Part shown: in pieces, positions 53,366-64,000 of the stretch | How the letters are laid out: every line of letters starts with the position of its first letter | How positions within the stretch are numbered: position 1 is the first letter of the stretch | Assembly: GCA_964016885.1 (NCBI GenBank) | Contig: OZ024754.1 | Location: forward strand, 23,374,001 to 23,438,000 | Origin: Eledone cirrhosa | Taxonomy: Eukaryota | DNA: 64,000 nt | Reading direction: 5' to 3' | The notes under the pieces: generated by a model | Seen by the model: the letters and a program-made list of their open reading frames with translations, nothing else | The model's database searches: none | What the model was told of the DNA's origin: nothing | Position numbers and translations under genes: made by a program

Positions 53366-53750
53366 AGGTAATTCCGAAGTTAAAGCAAAGGAAAAAAGAG
53401 TGCTCTGTGTATAGAACAGAGCTGTTTAATTAGATAGTGAACACAAAATATAGCTGCTCCATTGCCAAGGGTTTCTGGATCCCAGATATTAATATATGTC
53501 TGGATTGGTCATCAGACAGAGATGTAGAAATGAGATGATAGGGACTGGGGTCCCTATCATTCCACTGCAAAGTGGACGTGGAGGTGCCACGGCAAAAAAG
53601 CACCCAGCACTCACTGTAAATGAGGTTGATGTTAGGAAGGGCATCCAGCTGTAGAAATCAAGCCAGAATCAGTTCCCGTCCCACCCTTGCAAGCAGGGAA
53701 AAAGCGGACGTAAAATGAAATGATGATGAATGATGATACACACAAAGGTT

Positions 53751-53799
53751 GCTTCCTGATGATTTCTCCCGAATGAAACAGTTCTAGTCCTGTAGAAGC
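53751..53799 (+). ncRNA. Type-I hammerhead ribozyme
   Basis: GCTTC CTGATGA TTTC-TCCC-GAAT GAAA CAG-TTCTAGTC-CTG TA GAAGC: stems I and III paired, core intact. Confidence 0.72.
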
Positions 53800-54149
53800 C
53801 ATCTCTATATAAAATATTTATACTCTGCCATTTATTGAGTACCTTACTTACTGTGGTTTCCCCCGATTGAATCCAGTGTGTGTATATATATATATATATG
53901 TATAAGTTGGTATTAGGAAGGGCATCCAGCCGTAGAAAACCTACCAGATAGTCCTATATGAGCGAGATACGGTCACCCGACCTACCTTGCCCGTCTAACC
54001 CATGCTAGCGTGGAAGATGGACGTTAAACGATGATGATGATGATGATGATAAATGTATATATATACATATATATCTATAAATATATATATATGTGTGTAA
54101 CTTTGATAACTTTCGGCCAGTATTGGCCCAGGCCATGTCTAACTTAATA

Positions 54150-54620
54150 GCACCACCTGGCGAAGTTTTTCAAATCAGGATTTGGGCATGATGGCCCCCT
54201 CAAGTAAAAAGTTATTGTTTACGGAGGCATAGCCGGGATTTCTTGAAGGAATTTGTCCAAAGATTTCTTGGACTTTTTGGGGTCTGTTTCCGTTTCAATG
54301 AGTTTTGGTGTCATGTTAAAGAGAGCAGGGCCAATTGAGGTGAAATAATTGTGCCGTATTGTTGTTATGAGATGCGAGTGAGATTTTTGTCGTGGGCGAA
54401 TAGCACGGGGCCAAAGCCTTAGGTGTACCTTAAATGTGATGCAAACATTATTTGGGCAATGCTGATGGAATATTTTCCACATCATGCAGATAATGTAGCG
54501 CTCACAGCAATGCTGGAGAGAATAATCAACTCCAATAGTCAAGGCCTGTCATGCCATCTCTCTTTTTTGTAATTGACCTTTGAGGTGCTTCAACTTTCAT
54601 GACACTTTGTTTCGTGTGTG
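54150..54620 (-). mobile_element. 3' fragment of a CR1/L2/Jockey-group LINE
   Basis: YSLQ..ERYII..WKI..NYFTSIGPALFN..LDKFLQEIP C-terminal pattern. Confidence 0.6.
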
Positions 54621-54629
54621 GATATATAT

Positions 54630-55798
54630 ATCATCATCATCATCATCATTATCGTTTAACGTCCATCTTCCACGCTAGCATGGGTTAGACGGGAGTTGTC
54701 CCACTTGAGGCAAGGTTGGTCGGGTGACCGTGTCTCGCTCATATAGGACTATCTGGCAGGTTTTCTACGGCTGGATGCTCTTCCTAACACCAACCACATT
54801 TACAGTGTGGAACTGGGAACTTTTTACCGTGTTACCTACATGGCCACATTACAGCGTAGACTGTGTGTTTTTTGTCATGACACCTACATGATCTCGATCT
54901 CATTATCTCATTTATTTGGACTGGATGTTGTGGTACCAACTTTACAGAGAGAGGGTGGTGTTGGTGGGAGTGGGAGGATGGAGTAGGGGTAGTGGATTGG
55001 GGTGTATATTTGGTTAAGAGGTGCTCACTGACTGTAGGTTTCGCTTTGTACAGAGGCAAGGCGGGTCTTCTGTATTACTGCGTAGCGCCAAAGATCTCGG
55101 TCCAGTGACATTGTCTTAGAGAGATGTAAGTGTGTAAGGTCGGAATTTATCAGATCGCCCCAGGTTTTTCTGGGTCTAACTACTCCGTAACCACCATCAA
55201 TTTTGATTGCCCTGCACTATTTTATGCAGCTGTCGTCTTTCATGCGCATCACGTGACCATACCAACGTAGTCTCTCAAGTAAACAGCATCTGATCCCTCT
55301 TATTCCTAATTTCTCACTTAGTTCATTTATGCTTTGCCGTTCACGTATATTTCTATTACACATCCAACGGAGCATGCAAGCTTCATTCCTTTCCTTCTGC
55401 GTAGATCCTCTGCACGTAATGCCCATGTCTCACTGCCATGTAACATTGCTGTTCGTATGCAGGCATCATACAATCTGCCTTTCATTTTTAGAAAGAAACC
55501 TTTAGTGGTATAAAGTCTGAACTTTTTCCATCCCGTTCTGACTCTGGCTACTGTATTTTCAGAACACCCTCCACCACGGCTGATTTCGTCACCCAGGTAA
55601 CGGAAAGTGTCTACTATTTCTATAGAACCATCTGTGCAATAGAAGGGGCTAGTATCCTGTGGAAACTTGCTACTTATTGCACCTGAGCATTGGCCACATA
55701 TAAAGTCTACGTTCTTAGATAGTTTATCTGTGATCCCACTACATCTTTTATGTACCCATAGTTTGCATTTGGGACAGAAAATGGAATTTCTGCCTACT

Positions 55799-55800
<2 letters not shown>
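54630..55800 (-). mobile_element. RTE-clade LINE 3' fragment, same family as 32233-35375
   Basis: [20 protein letters not shown].., YLGD, RWYGHVMRM, near-identical 3' UTR and (GAT)n tail. Confidence 0.92.
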
Positions 55801-55888
<88 letters not shown>

Positions 55889-55940
55889 CGCGTGTGGATA
55901 TATATATGTATAAATATATATATGTATAAATATATATATA

Positions 55941-55971
<31 letters not shown>

Positions 55972-55980
<9 letters not shown>

Positions 55981-57439
55981 ATACTTTGGGAGGGTCATGT
56001 TGCCAATAAGAAACACACGCACCAGTTGCTTTCACTTCAATTTATTATATATTTATAAATTTACAAATTTATAAATTTCTGGTTGGTTGGTTGGTTCCAC
56101 AACCAGATAGTTGTTTATATATAGTCATAGTTCTTTCGTCACACACTCTGTGACCTCTTCAGTGACTGGGGATTCCTTTCTTTGTTTCTGTGCCTCTCCT
56201 TTGTTCTGTCCTACGCCATTTTGTTTCTGTGTGTTTGTTGTGTGCTCAGTCTGCGCATGCGCCACATCCGGGTGTCTGTGTGTGTTTTGTTTATTTATCT
56301 ATTTGTTTATTTACATGTTACTGGTTAGTTGTTTGTTCTATGTGTGTGTGTGTGTTTTCATTTTGTCCTTAATTGTAAGTTGTGATGTTGCTGTTCCACT
56401 CATATTTTCTATTTAGTTTTGGTTGTAATTCTTTTATGTTTATTGCCTCTGTAATTTGTCTAAACATTGCGTCTTTTCTGTGTGTAGATTCTATTTTTAT
56501 TTCTATGTTCTCTAATTTACCCTTGTGTTCTATCTTAGCATGTTGGTAGAGTACAGATGATTCTTTATTATCTTGAAGGTCTCGCCAGTGTTCATTTATC
56601 CGTTCCCCTACACTACGAGCTGTCTCACCTATGTACACTATATTTTTGTCTCTACATTGTCCTTCAGTACATCTTATGCTATACACTACATTTCTAGTTT
56701 TACAGTTAATATGGGGGCTTATTTTACAGGTTATACATTTCTTATCTATACATGAGGGTCTTTGAAAAGGGTATGTCTTGCTAATAAGTGTTTTTACGGA
56801 GGTACCTGGTCTTTCTACTATCTTAATATTGAGTTTATGTTTATTTAGGGCCCTTCTAAATTTGTAAGCTAATTCACCTCTAGGGGTTGTATCGATGAAC
56901 ATTACACTCTGGTATTTATTGCTATCATACCATGAGTTTATTCTATTAGCCTTGTTCCTAGTTCTTTCTATTCTATTCCAAAATTTGCTCCTATACAAGG
57001 GGCAGGTCCCATTTATGTCATTATTTACCATTTTTTCCCATTTGGTTCTGGCTCCTCTATACACTCTGATTCTATATCTCTGATTGTAGCCAGAGAACTG
57101 CATACGGTGGATGAAGTGTTGTATGTGTCTCTCTAGTTCTTCGGGGTTGCACATGCGGGACACATTTCTCATCACCCGTACCAAATCCGCAATCAGTATG
57201 TTGATTTTGGTATGGTCCGAAATGGCCGAGTTTCGGTGGATCAGATGTTTGGAAGTCATGGGTTTGGCATAATGGGAATGGAGGATTTGTTTTTTGTTGT
57301 TAATGGTATCTAACCAGAGCTCTGTGTCTAGTACAGGTAATCGATGGTTGGGGTGTTTACTTGGGTAGTCTATAGTAACTCTAATGCTCTGGTGGATGGA
57401 GTTTGCTATTTGCTGGATGCTTTCCATTGTGTTTTTCTC
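55972..57439 (-). mobile_element. Inverted partial copy of the Penelope-like element (ORF 56369-57427)
   Basis: Near-identical reverse complement of about 58104-59570, abutting the 5'-truncated sense copy. Confidence 0.95.
56123..56167 (-). ncRNA. Minimal type-I hammerhead ribozyme (Penelope pLTR)
   Basis: Reverse complement of the 59376-59420 motif. Confidence 0.78.
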
Positions 57440-57890
57440 CGTGACAGCACGGAGGACCTCCTCAGCAGAATCGGCGTGAGTAACCGATCTGGGGACCTAA
57501 CAAACTGCATAATAGGCAGTATGGATGTTGTGTCCCTGTATCCATCTATTGACGTGGATTTTGCTGTGGAGAAATGCGAAGAAATGATCAGTGAGAGCAA
57601 GGTTGAGTTCCGTGGGATTGATACCAGTGAGCTGGGACTCCTACTTAAGCTTACCTATAGTAATAGTTACCTAGACACATATGACCTTAGCAACCTGTGC
57701 CCTACAAGACCAGCAAGAGGCAGACCACCTACCATTACCTCAATGGCCAAGAAAACCCACACAGATAGATGGAACGGGTGGACCAGAGCCATACGGACAC
57801 CCGAAAACCACGATGAACTGAAGAAAATGATTGCACATGCGGTAGGGGCCAGAATAAAACTAACCCTTAAGGAACATATGTTCAAATTTA

Positions 57891-59174
57891 ATGGAAAAAC
57901 ATGCCCAAGAGGAAGGAGCAGCCATTGGTGTTAGCATTGCAGGCGACATAGCTAACTTATTCATGGTATGGTGGGACAGTAGACTTAAACTTAAACTTAA
58001 AGAACAATTAGAAGACCCCTTAACCCTGATAATGTACTCCCGCTACGTAGATGATATAAACATCGTAGTTAAGACACCCCCACTAGAGAACAGTCAGGAA
58101 CTAGAGAAAAACACAGTGGAAAGCATCCAGCAAATAGCAAACTCCATCCACCAGAGCATTAGAGTTACTATAGACTACCCAAGTAAACACCCCAACCATC
58201 GATTACCTGTACTAGACACAGAGCTCTGGTTAGATACCATTAACAACAAAAAACAAATCCTCCATTCCCATTATGCCAAACCCATGACTTCCAAACATCT
58301 GATCCACCGAAACTCGGCCATTTCGGACCATACCAAAATCAACATACTGATTGCGGATTTGGTACGGGTGATGAGAAATGTGTCCCGCATGTGCAACCCC
58401 GAAGAACTAGAGAGACACATACAACACTTCATCCACCGTATGCAGTTCTCTGGCTACAATCAGAGATATAGAATCAGAGTGTATAGAGGAGCCAGAACCA
58501 AATGGGAAAAAATGGTAAATAATGACATAAATGGGACCTGCCCCTTGTATAGGAGCAAATTTTGGAATAGAATAGAAAGAACTAGGAACAAGGCTAATAG
58601 AATAAACTCATGGTATGATAGCAATAAATACCAGAGTGTAATGTTCATCGATACAACCCCTAGAGGTGAATTAGCTTACAAATTTAGAAGGGCCCTAAAT
58701 AAACATAAACTCAATATTAAGATAGTAGAAAGACCAGGTACCTCCGTAAAAACACTTATTAGCAAGACATACCCTTTTCAAAGACCCTCATGTATAGATA
58801 AGAAATGTATAACCTGTAAAATAAGCCCCCATATTAACTGTAAAACTAGAAATGTAGTGTATAGCATAAGATGTACTGAAGGACAATGCAGAGACAAAAA
58901 TATAGTGTACATAGGTGAGACAGCTCGTAGTGTAGGGGAACGGATAAATGAACACTGGCGAGACCTTCAAGATAATAAAGAATCATCTGTACTCTACCAA
59001 CATGCTAAGATAGAACACAAGGGTAAATTAGAGAACATAGAAATAAAAATAGAATCTACACACAGAAAAGACGCAATGTTTAGACAAATTACAGAGGCAA
59101 TAAACATAAAAGAATTACAACCAAAACTAAATAGAAAATATGAGTGGAACAGCAACATCACAACTTACAATTAA
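57891..59174 (+). CDS. Penelope-like RT palm/thumb plus GIY-YIG endonuclease (partial ORF)
   Basis: 427-aa open frame with RYVDDI and GIY-YIG motifs. Confidence 0.85.
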   Translation: MEKHAQEEGAAIGVSIAGDIANLFMVWWDSRLKLKLKEQLEDPLTLIMYSRYVDDINIVVKTPPLENSQELEKNTVESIQQIANSIHQSIRVTIDYPSKHPNHRLPVLDTELWLDTINNKKQILHSHYAKPMTSKHLIHRNSAISDHTKINILIADLVRVMRNVSRMCNPEELERHIQHFIHRMQFSGYNQRYRIRVYRGARTKWEKMVNNDINGTCPLYRSKFWNRIERTRNKANRINSWYDSNKYQSVMFIDTTPRGELAYKFRRALNKHKLNIKIVERPGTSVKTLISKTYPFQRPSCIDKKCITCKISPHINCKTRNVVYSIRCTEGQCRDKNIVYIGETARSVGERINEHWRDLQDNKESSVLYQHAKIEHKGKLENIEIKIESTHRKDAMFRQITEAINIKELQPKLNRKYEWNSNITTYN

Positions 59175-59375
59175 GGACAAAATGAAAACACACACACACA
59201 CATAGAACAAACAACCAACCAGTAACATGTAAATAAACAAATAGATAAATGAACAAAATACACACAGACACCCGGATGTGGCGCATGCGCAGACTGAGCA
59301 CACAACACACACACAGAAACAAAATGGCGTAGGACAGAACAAAGGAGAGGCACAGAAACAAAGAAAGGAATCCCC

Positions 59376-59420
59376 AGTCACTGAAGAGGTCACAGAGTGT
59401 GTGACGAAAGAACTATGACT
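59376..59420 (+). ncRNA. Minimal type-I hammerhead ribozyme (Penelope pLTR)
   Basis: AGTCA CTGAAGA G GTCACA-GAGTG-TGTGAC GAAA GAAC TA TGACT. Confidence 0.8.
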
Positions 59421-59624
59421 ATATATAAACAACTATCTGGTTGTGGAACCAACCAACCAACCAGAAATTTATAAATTTGTAAATTTATAAATATATAATA
59501 AATTGAAGTGAAAGCAACTGGTGCGTGTGTTTCTTATTGGCAACATGACCCTCCCAAAGTATAACAATATCGGTTTCAACACACGATTTCAGATAAAGAA
59601 TCTTGCTAAACCAATTCAGAAACG

Positions 59625-59659
<35 letters not shown>

Positions 59660-59946
59660 AGCAAATTATAAATGTAAACATGTAAGTATGTTTTTGAAAC
59701 GGTGCGCGAGTTTGAAAATTAGAAATTAGAAACTATAAGCTTTCACCGTATTTTAGACTAAAGAAATTTCTAGCCTGATAGTGGGGTTTATAACCCTCGG
59801 GGAAATGGAAAAAGATGAATGTTGCCGTAACGGCAACACTCATCTTTTTCCATTAGTCTAAAATACGGTGAAAGCTTATAATTTCTAATTTCTAATATAT
59901 ATATATATATAATATAAGATCAAAAGATGGTTAGAAGAGTTCCAAG

Positions 59947-60016
59947 TATTTTATTATGCGCATTTCAAAACAAATATCATCATGGGATGATATCTGCGTT
60001 CTCATCAGATAAAATA
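59947..60016 (-). ncRNA. Type-I hammerhead ribozyme with long stem II, inside inverted-ended unit 59908-60255
   Basis: TATTTTAT CTGATGA GAACGCAGATATCATC-CCAT-GATGATATTTGTTTT GAAA TGCGCA TA ATAAAATA: 8-bp stem I, palindromic stem III. Confidence 0.8.
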
Positions 60017-60338
60017 GGGAGACATGATATGAAGCTTAAAAAACACTTGTGAGCAGTGAAGTTTTAAATCAACAAATGAAAAATAAAGTAAGATGGATAT
60101 ATGAGATTGGGAAAAAATGAGGGGGGCGGGAGTAGGAAAGGGTAAGGAAGAGGAAGAAAGAAAATAAAGGATGGTGGGGGAGGAGTATAAAAAGGAAGGA
60201 TGAGAGGAGGAGAAATACTTGGAACTCTTCTAACCATCTTTTGATCTTATATTATTTATACTCCAGTCCTATAAACTGTAGAGTGCTACTTATCCGATAT
60301 TTGCATTGCTTTATTGTGCTACAATAAAACTTACCTCC

Positions 60339-60373
<35 letters not shown>

Positions 60374-60379
<6 letters not shown>

Positions 60380-61007
60380 CCTTTGCAAGTACGAAACTCA
60401 GAATTTGTCTACCCCTTTTCAGGCTAGGCTGCTCTGAAGGTGAAATGTAACGTACTAATTGCTATTTCTTCACTCTTCTCTCCATTTTTTATTCCCTGGT
60501 CCATTCATCTATCTGTATCATTTCGCCCAGAATCCAATCTTTGCTTTTTCAATTCGATAATTCTATCGTATTTTTCAAAACAATCTTCTTGTATTTTTTA
60601 TGTTTGTTAAATTATGCCCAAAATTCGAGGATTTTATTTATTTAAACCTTCTCTGCTCCCTCCTATTCTCCCCCCCCCTCTATATCATGCTGGTTCGCCC
60701 TCAATTCCTTCCTCTCTCTCCAAATATAAAATAAATCCTTTGCAAGTACGAAACTCAGAATTCGTCAACCCCTTTTCAGGCTAGGCTGCTCGCACGGTGA
60801 AATGTAACGTACTAATTGCTATTTCTTCACTCATCTCTCCATTTTTTATTCTCTGGTCCATTCATCTATCTGTATCATTTCGCCCAGAATCCAATCTTTG
60901 CTTTTTCTATTCGATAATTCTATCGTATTTTTCAAAACAATGTTGTATTTTTTATGCTTGTTAAATTATGCCCAAAATTCGAGGATTTTATTTATTTAAA
61001 CCTTCTC
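60374..61007 (+). repeat. Direct repeat of about 280 bp, 357-bp period
   Basis: 60374-60653 and 60731-61007 are highly similar. Confidence 0.9.
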
Positions 61008-61059
61008 GCTAACTACCCCATATCCTTCTCACCCGCCCCTCCTCACCACCTTTATTACG

Positions 61060-64000
61060 TGGGCCAATCATAAGTCAGCGGCCTATGCTATCACTTAAGT
61101 TTAGACCTGGTTGCCTTTCGATATGATGGATGGACTACGGAAATCTGGAGAGTTTGAAAAGAAAACAAATCTGGACACTCAGTGACAATGCCAAAAATAA
61201 AGACAAATACACCTCATGCTGCCGGACGAGAATACAAGGACTCCACCTCTTTATTTCGGCCGCGGATGGCTAACATAACCCCCCCCCCCCCCCACCCACT
61301 GCGCCCCACCGTTCCCACCCTCCAAACGCTTTCCAAAACTTCAGAGTTGGTACCATGAATGTAGGTACCTTAAAAGGTCGCTCTAACGAGGTTGTAGAAA
61401 TGCTTGGACGTAAGGAGGTCGATGTTTGTTGTATTCAAGAGACCAGGTGGAGAGGTGGATCTGCTAGATTCATTGTGGGTAAAGAACGATGCTATAAGCT
61501 TTTCTGGGTGGGAAATGACAATGGGCTGGGTGGAGAAGGAATCATGGTAGCAGAAAAGTGGGCAGATAAGATAATAGACGTAAATAGAATGAACGACAGA
61601 ATAATTAAAATAAGACTTGTCCTCAATAGAACTACTGTGACAATAATATCTGCATATGCACCACAATCCGGACTGCCTGGCGTTATAAAAGACAGATTTT
61701 ATGAGACGTTAATGCTCACTACCTCCCAAATAACCGACAGTGACTACATACTTATCGCTGGCGACCTAAAAGGTCACGTTGGACAACATTGTGACGGCTA
61801 TGACGGAATCCATGGAGGCTATGGGTTTGGTACTAGAAATGAGGAAGGCTCCAGACTCCTGGAATTCTGTGACGCAAATAACCTAACTATCTGTAACACT
61901 AACTTCAAAAAACGAGACAATCACTTGATCACCTATAGATCAGGGGAACACACCAGCCAGGTAGATTATATCCTTATCAGAAGACGTGACAGAGTCTCTG
62001 TTGTAAACACTATATCCCTCCCCCATAAAGAATGCACCTCTCAACATAGACTCATAATTAGCGACCTCATAGTCAAGACGAGACGTACTCGACAACAGAA
62101 GAGGATATCCTCAGGAGAAAAATATGGAAGTTAAAGGACCCCACAGCCAGTAATAAATTGAAAAGCATATTACTTGATGCTTTTGATAGTAAGGAAGAGC
62201 AATTAGAGTCGTACAATATAGAGGAACAGTGGGTATTCCTGAAAGCTAACCTGCTGAAGGCGACAGATGAAATTTGTGGCTGGAGCAGACCTATAGGCAG
62301 GAGGAGAGTAACTTGGTGGTGGAACAGTAAGGTGGAGGGGTCAATCAAGGCCAAAAAGCAGGCTTGGAAAGCATGGAGGGATGAGGGAAGTAGAGAAGAC
62401 TATCAAGTGGTCAGGAGGGAAGCTCGGAGACAAGTGTACTTCGCAAGAACGGAAGCAGAGGAAAGAAAGTTCAAGCATGTCCTACAACGCGAGGACCAAA
62501 AACGTGAGGTGTTCAGGATTGCTAGGAAATGTGTCAAGGAAAACAGTGATATTGTCGGGGAGAAGTGTGTCCTTAATGATGATGGTGTACTTGCCATCAC
62601 TGACGCTGATAAGAAGGTAGCTTGGAAGTGTCACTACGAAAGGCTACTAAATGAGGAGAATAATTGGGACAAAGACAGTCTCCCCCACATCGATCCAATA
62701 GAGGGACCAGCAGTGCAAGTTGAAGGTAGTATAATAAGTAAGGCGATCAAAGACATGAAGACAGGCAAGGCGGCTGAGCCTTCGGAAATAGTTGCTGAAA
62801 TGCTGAAAGCATCTGGAACGTTGGGACACACTATACTTACCCGAATAGTAAACCAAGTCATACAGAATGGGGTCGTTCCGAAGGACTGGCGCAGCAGCAT
62901 CATCGTTAACTGCTACAAGGGTAAAGGAGATGCCCTAGATAGGGGAAACTATAGAGGCATTAAATTAACTGACCAGGTCATGAAGGTCACAGAAAAAGTA
63001 ATAGCGCAACTAATCAGAGAGCGAATTGATCTAGATGAAATGCAGTTCGGGTTTGTGTCAGGTAAAAGTACAACAGACGCTCTTTTCATTGTACGACAAC
63101 TACAGGAGAAGTACCTAGCTAAAAGTAAACCCCTATACTTAGCTTTTGTTGACCTGGAGAAAGCCTTTGACAGAGTACCCCGCTCGATTATCTGGTGGGC
63201 CCTTAGAAAACTAGGTGTTGATGAATGGCTTGTGAGAGCTATACAAGCCATGTATAAAAAAACAGTCAGCAAGGTTAGAATTAACAACGAATATAGCGAA
63301 GAGTTTAGCGTAAAAGTTGGTGTTCATCAGGGCTCCGTCCTTAGCCCCCTACTATTTATCATTGCCCTTCAGGCGATAACAGAGGAGTTCAAGACCGGCT
63401 GCCCATGGGAACTTCTATACGCAGATGATCTAACGCTCATAGCTGAATCAATGGCTGAACTAGAGAAGAAATTCCAAACATGGAAGCATGGCCTAGAATC
63501 AAAAGGCCTTAAAATTAACCTGTCTAAGACTAACGTTCTAGTTTGTAGGAAGGAAAATAGGGCACTGGTTCCAAATGCAAGTATGGGTGCATAAAAGATG
63601 TAGTGGGATCACAGATAAGCTAACTAAGAATATAGATTTTATATGTGGCCAGTGCTCAGGTGCAATAAGTAGCAGCAAGTGCCCACAGAATACTAGCTCA
63701 TTCCATTGCACAGATGGTTCTATAGAAATAGTGGACACATTCCATTACCTGGGTGACAAAATCAGCAGTGGAGGAGGGTGCTCTGAAAGTACAGTAGCTA
63801 GAGTCAGAACGGGATGGAAAATGTTCAGAGAGCTTATACCACTATTGGCCGCTAAAGGGTTCTCTCTAAAAATGAAAAGCAGGCTGTATGAGCCTGCATA
63901 CGAACAGCAATGTTAGATGGCAGTGAAACTTGGGCATTGTGTGCAGAGGATATACGCAGACTGGAGAGGAACGAAGCTTGCATGCTCCGTTGGATGTGTA
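61060..64000 (+). mobile_element. RTE-clade LINE, 5' region to RT thumb (runs off window)
   Basis: APE ORF 61355-62134 (MNVGTL, CIQETRW, SAYAPQ, QVDY, SQH), RT ORF 62158-63594 (FVDLEKAFD, LYADDL), frameshifts near 62110 and 63570; 5' boundary approximate. Confidence 0.95.

Larger units (their letters stand above)
52653..54073. repeat. Nested inverted-repeat cassette: outer arms (hammerhead unit + (TA)n + RTE tail), inner fold-back 53058-53280
   Basis: 52653-53055 is the reverse complement of about 53738-54073; inner arms GTGTTAATACTAGTATATATCATCATC / GATGATGATATATACTAGTATTCACAC. Confidence 0.8.
57440..59620 (+). mobile_element. Penelope-like retroelement (RT + C-terminal GIY-YIG; Naiad-like), 5'-truncated, one frameshift near 57895
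   Basis: SMDVVSLYPSID, GAAIG, RYVDDI, LPVLD, Cys-rich linker CIDKKCITC, VVYSIRC..YIGETAR. Confidence 0.93.

Noticed and set aside
54095-54135. Minus-strand GGCC-AATACT-GGCC GAAA hairpin
   Set aside because: No CTGAnGA box upstream; too incomplete to call

Overview
AT-rich, microsatellite-laden eukaryotic DNA made almost entirely of transposable elements; I see no intact host protein-coding gene. The CDICGKSFS-type C2H2 zinc-finger relic and the SINE/RTE repeat make-up suggest a cephalopod such as Octopus (inference). Contents: three Ty3/Gypsy LTR elements (two CsRn1/Kabuki-like with tRNA-Trp PBS, one compact 4.1-kb element with 5-bp TSD), several RTE-clade LINE copies, a second APE-RT LINE, L1/Tx1 and CR1/L2-like fragments, a Penelope-like (RT + GIY-YIG, Naiad-like) element with an inverted partial copy, a Merlin/IS1595 relic, Helitron and Tc1/pogo-type non-autonomous elements, tRNA-derived SINEs, and a large inverted segmental duplication (about 4.6-14.3 kb vs 38.1-46.9 kb) with copy-specific insertions. 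Most notable: (1) about a dozen type-I hammerhead-ribozyme-like motifs from several unrelated sequence families, mostly in short non-coding tandem or fold-back units next to (TA)n tracts, consistent with Penelope-mobilised retrozyme-like elements; (2) a PHD finger embedded inside the RT domain of the RTE family; (3) an LTR junction carrying a tRNA-Trp-matching PBS copy after the 3' LTR; (4) an LTR element with non-matching LTRs and another without a tRNA PBS. Coordinates were read by eye; boundaries of degraded elements are approximate.
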